NCBI GenBank assembly: GCA_010909165.1
Contig: VJWM01000254.1
Span: 154,855 to 218,854, forward strand
Direction: 5' to 3'
Source of the DNA: Anthoceros angustus
Lineage: Eukaryota; Plantae; Anthocerotophyta
Length of the DNA: 64,000 nucleotides
Shown in pieces: positions 61,401 through 64,000 of the stretch. Positions within the stretch are counted from its first letter, which is position 1. Each line of letters starts with the position of its first letter. The notes below the pieces were generated by a model. That model made no database searches. It had not been told where the DNA came from and was given only the letters and a program-made list of their open reading frames with translations. Both the position numbers and the translations under genes were made by a program.

Positions 61401-61411
61401 TTCTTGATCAT
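55424..61411 (-). CDS. SWI1: SWI1/DYAD/AMEIOTIC1-family protein with an N-terminal BAH domain, about 1336 aa, 13 exons
   Basis: Exons (- strand) 61411-61375, 61198-61090, 60981-60917, 60597-60507, 60373-60136, 60005-58834, 58704-58294, 58142-57995, 57758-57678, 57412-57333, 57185-57113, 57023-56931, 56836-55424; total 4011 nt with GT-AG phases matching. DYAD motifs: FEIAHGSLP..VRVVMV..KYPS, GRWSSERY, LREEARKHIGDTGLLDHLLKHM, RFRRTYNADGAMEYWLE, DPSWIPPPGWKPGD, coiled coil, C-terminal WLGLA. The first exon and the small coiled-coil exons are the least certain. Confidence 0.88.
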
Positions 61412-63779
61412 GATCTCCTACCCTGCCTCGGGAGCTCATCTACAGACCTGCAGGCGCTATTTGAGCAAGGCCGAGGCGGACTGCCATGGCGGCAACAAGA
61501 TATCCTCCTGTGCAGCTATCTATCCGGCTGGCTGTGCAACTACCGATCTAAGCTATCGGACTCCAAAACGACAAGCACAGACATGTATGACAATCTGCGA
61601 CTACTACTAGGCACAATTGGTCCGATCCCGCATCACTCCTCCGCAAGCAAGCTCATGCTACATGTGTGTGCGCGTGGACAGATCGTTCTGCCAAGTCGGC
61701 GTACCAATGCAGAGCGGATCACCATTGGCTGCAGTGAAGGGTTGCGGCACAGGGGCAGAGGCAGAGGCAGAGGCAGAGGCAGAGGCCGAGGCGGGGGCAT
61801 CCCCCTGCTGCAGGGTTGCGGTTGTAGGCTGCGGGGAGCGCGCCATCGCAGAGCCTCAGAACGGCAGCTCCAGGACAGCTCCGGTAGCAGCGCCTCGCCT
61901 CCTCGGGGTACCATGTGCCGAATGCAGAATCCAGCGCTGGCATGCAGCGCGGCCGGCGCAGCACAGCGCGGCTTAGCGCAGCGGTAGCGGTACCGGTGGA
62001 GCTCCGTCTAGAAGCTTTTGCCTGTGCCCTCGCGGGAGGGAGAGCGTGAAGGGCAGCGCAGGCGTCGGTCGTGCACAGCGGGCCATATGACAGGCGCGGA
62101 GGGGACCGGGAGCTGAAGCGCGTCCATCCATGAATCGCATCGCAGGATTTCATTATTCAAATCACAGCCGTGACGGAATGAAATTAGGGCAGGGGAAGGG
62201 ACGAGACGACGAGACGACGAGACGGGCGCCGGGCCGGGCCAATTTTTCATGTACTGGGGGGGCTGGGCGCTTGGAGTTTTGATGGGGTGTACGGCTCACG
62301 GCTCACGGCTCACACCTCACGACTGATCCTGATGAAGCTCACGACCCGCGCGGATGGGGATGGCCCGGGATGGCCGCATGTCATGATGCGCTGATGCATG
62401 CCTTTGCATGGGCTGGGGTTTATGGGAGCGATCGACACGTGTCCGGGGCGGGACCAGCGTCGCCATCGGTCCATCGGGCGGGGCCTGGCAATATCCCCGC
62501 CGGATCGCCCACACGAAGCGGCAAGCTTTGCCTTTGCTTTGCAGAGGGGACGGTACCGGACACCGGTGATGATTCCGGTTACGGTAGCGTAACCTGTCCC
62601 CGGCTAATGGGCAGATGGAACAAGGCTCTGGTTCCATTTGCGTCACCCGGCCCGGCAAGTTGCCGGCTTGGAGGCGCAAAATGTGTGAGTTGCTGGAAGC
62701 CGGGGCCTTTGCACAAAGCCGCTGCCGCTTGCTGCCAGGCTGGGCTGGTGTGTGTGTGCGTCACGGGCCGGGCGTCAGGTACCCGCTTTCGTCCGCACAC
62801 CCGCCCGCTGCAAACCCCAGCTCCCTCTCCCGGGTCAGGTAGGTGAGCCAGCACCAGCCACCAGCAGCCGTGGTTAAGGCTTGCACGGCGCCTGGGACTG
62901 GGACTGGCTTAATGGCGGAAGATTGACTGACCACCAGATCGCCGGAAGTAATTGCCCGCAAGTGCAAGCAATCTGGGAGAATCCCTGCCACAAGAATGCA
63001 GGCTTTGATCAAGGCTCGTCGCCTAAACTGGCAGGATCTGCAATAAACCCAGGCACACCTTGCCGCCTGCCTTGCCCTTACTCGTCCTTGCGGCTGGGCT
63101 GGTGCCGCTTGCCTATCCGGCCCCTACGGCCGCACTACAAGGACGTCGCACCTCAAATGGCCGAGGCAGCTCATGTTGTCCCCTGAAAAACCCCTTTCCA
63201 CCTCCCGCCACCACATCGTAGTAAAACGTCCACCACACAAGAACAATTCCATTTCAAATGAGAGATGTTAGCTTCTTCAATTGGGTGGTGGTATCATTTC
63301 ACTGAAATCTCGTCCTTCAATCTCTTACGGTTTCCAAGTCCGGTGCGGTGGGTGACTCTAGGTCTTATGCTCACCCATTTAGATCTGGGGCTATATAGCT
63401 GCTCTATCTTATCCTTTAGTAGTTGCACATGTTATTTTCTTACTTTGTGATGTACACCTAGTTTTACTAAAATATAGCCTAGTTCTCTCCATCAAACGGT
63501 GTCAAGTCAATCATTCAAGTGAAGGAGTGGTCTCCTGTGAAGGAACTCACAAGACAAGTCCGGTGTGCCCAGGAAAAGGGGCAACATCACAAAACACACA
63601 ATGCGAGTTACCCCGTTGTCACAAGGAGTACAAAGCCACGATTTGGGCACGAAACAAGTTTGCGAAATGTCATATTGTTGTACGAGCTCTCCACCTTGCA
63701 GCTTGTAAAACTTTGATACTTGCACCAAAATGGGCCGAAGAGTAGCAGTGGCGCGATGACTATGTTGTACATGATGTGC

Positions 63780-63900
63780 GGCCCTCAGATAGTTGTTCCA
63801 ATGTTGGTCCCTACAAGCTTGTGGGGCTGGGCAGGAGACGAGATAGTGCTCCTCATCATCCACTTGCTAAAGCTAGAATCTAAGGCATAATCTCGCTTCT
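63780..63900 (-). mobile_element. Possible LINE ORF2 C-terminal zinc-finger remnant
   Basis: DDEEHYLVSCP resembles the ExxxHxxxxCP motif at LINE ORF2 C-termini. Confidence 0.35.
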
Positions 63901-64000
63901 GGTGGAGGGTGGAAGAATGAATAAACACCGACCTTGCTTTGTCATGCATTCTTCGCCTCCCGCATCCCTTTGTGTGTGCGCTGACCGCCAAGCGACGAGA

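Noticed and set aside
61343-63186. GC-rich ORFs upstream of the BAH-DYAD gene
   Set aside because: Low-complexity (GGCAGA)n and similar repeats with no domains; more likely promoter or 5' UTR sequence.

Overview
Eukaryotic nuclear DNA from a land plant with short GT-AG introns; a bryophyte or lycophyte is my inference. Three intact intron-containing host genes can be spliced by eye. (1) An RSH2/3-type RelA/SpoT ppGpp synthase/hydrolase, 14753-17836 (+), 6 exons. (2) An RSH1-type RelA/SpoT protein, 45225-50781 (+), 24 exons. (3) A SWI1/DYAD/AMEIOTIC1-family gene, 55424-61411 (-), 13 exons, whose four small 5' exons, not seen as a unit in the ORF track, encode most of an EBS/SHL-like BAH domain. 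Most of 1-10.7 kb and 18-43.3 kb is mobile DNA. It includes a Ty1/copia element with both LTRs, PBS, PPT and TSD but no RT core, plus a copia integrase fragment. It also holds three diverged copies of a large cut-and-paste DNA transposon with a Sola-like DDD transposase; one copy is complete with TIRs and TSD (30642-43291). These elements carry a divergently oriented ParB-like + beta-class DNA amino-methyltransferase-like gene with a variant catalytic motif. The repeat regions are full of indels and local tandem duplications that look like long-read assembly or consensus errors, so their ORFs cannot be judged intact or dead from this sequence. A MAPK-like pseudogene and a decayed local copy of RSH1 exons 14-15 lie between RSH1 and the BAH-DYAD gene. 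All homology calls come from motif recognition by eye; no searches were run.
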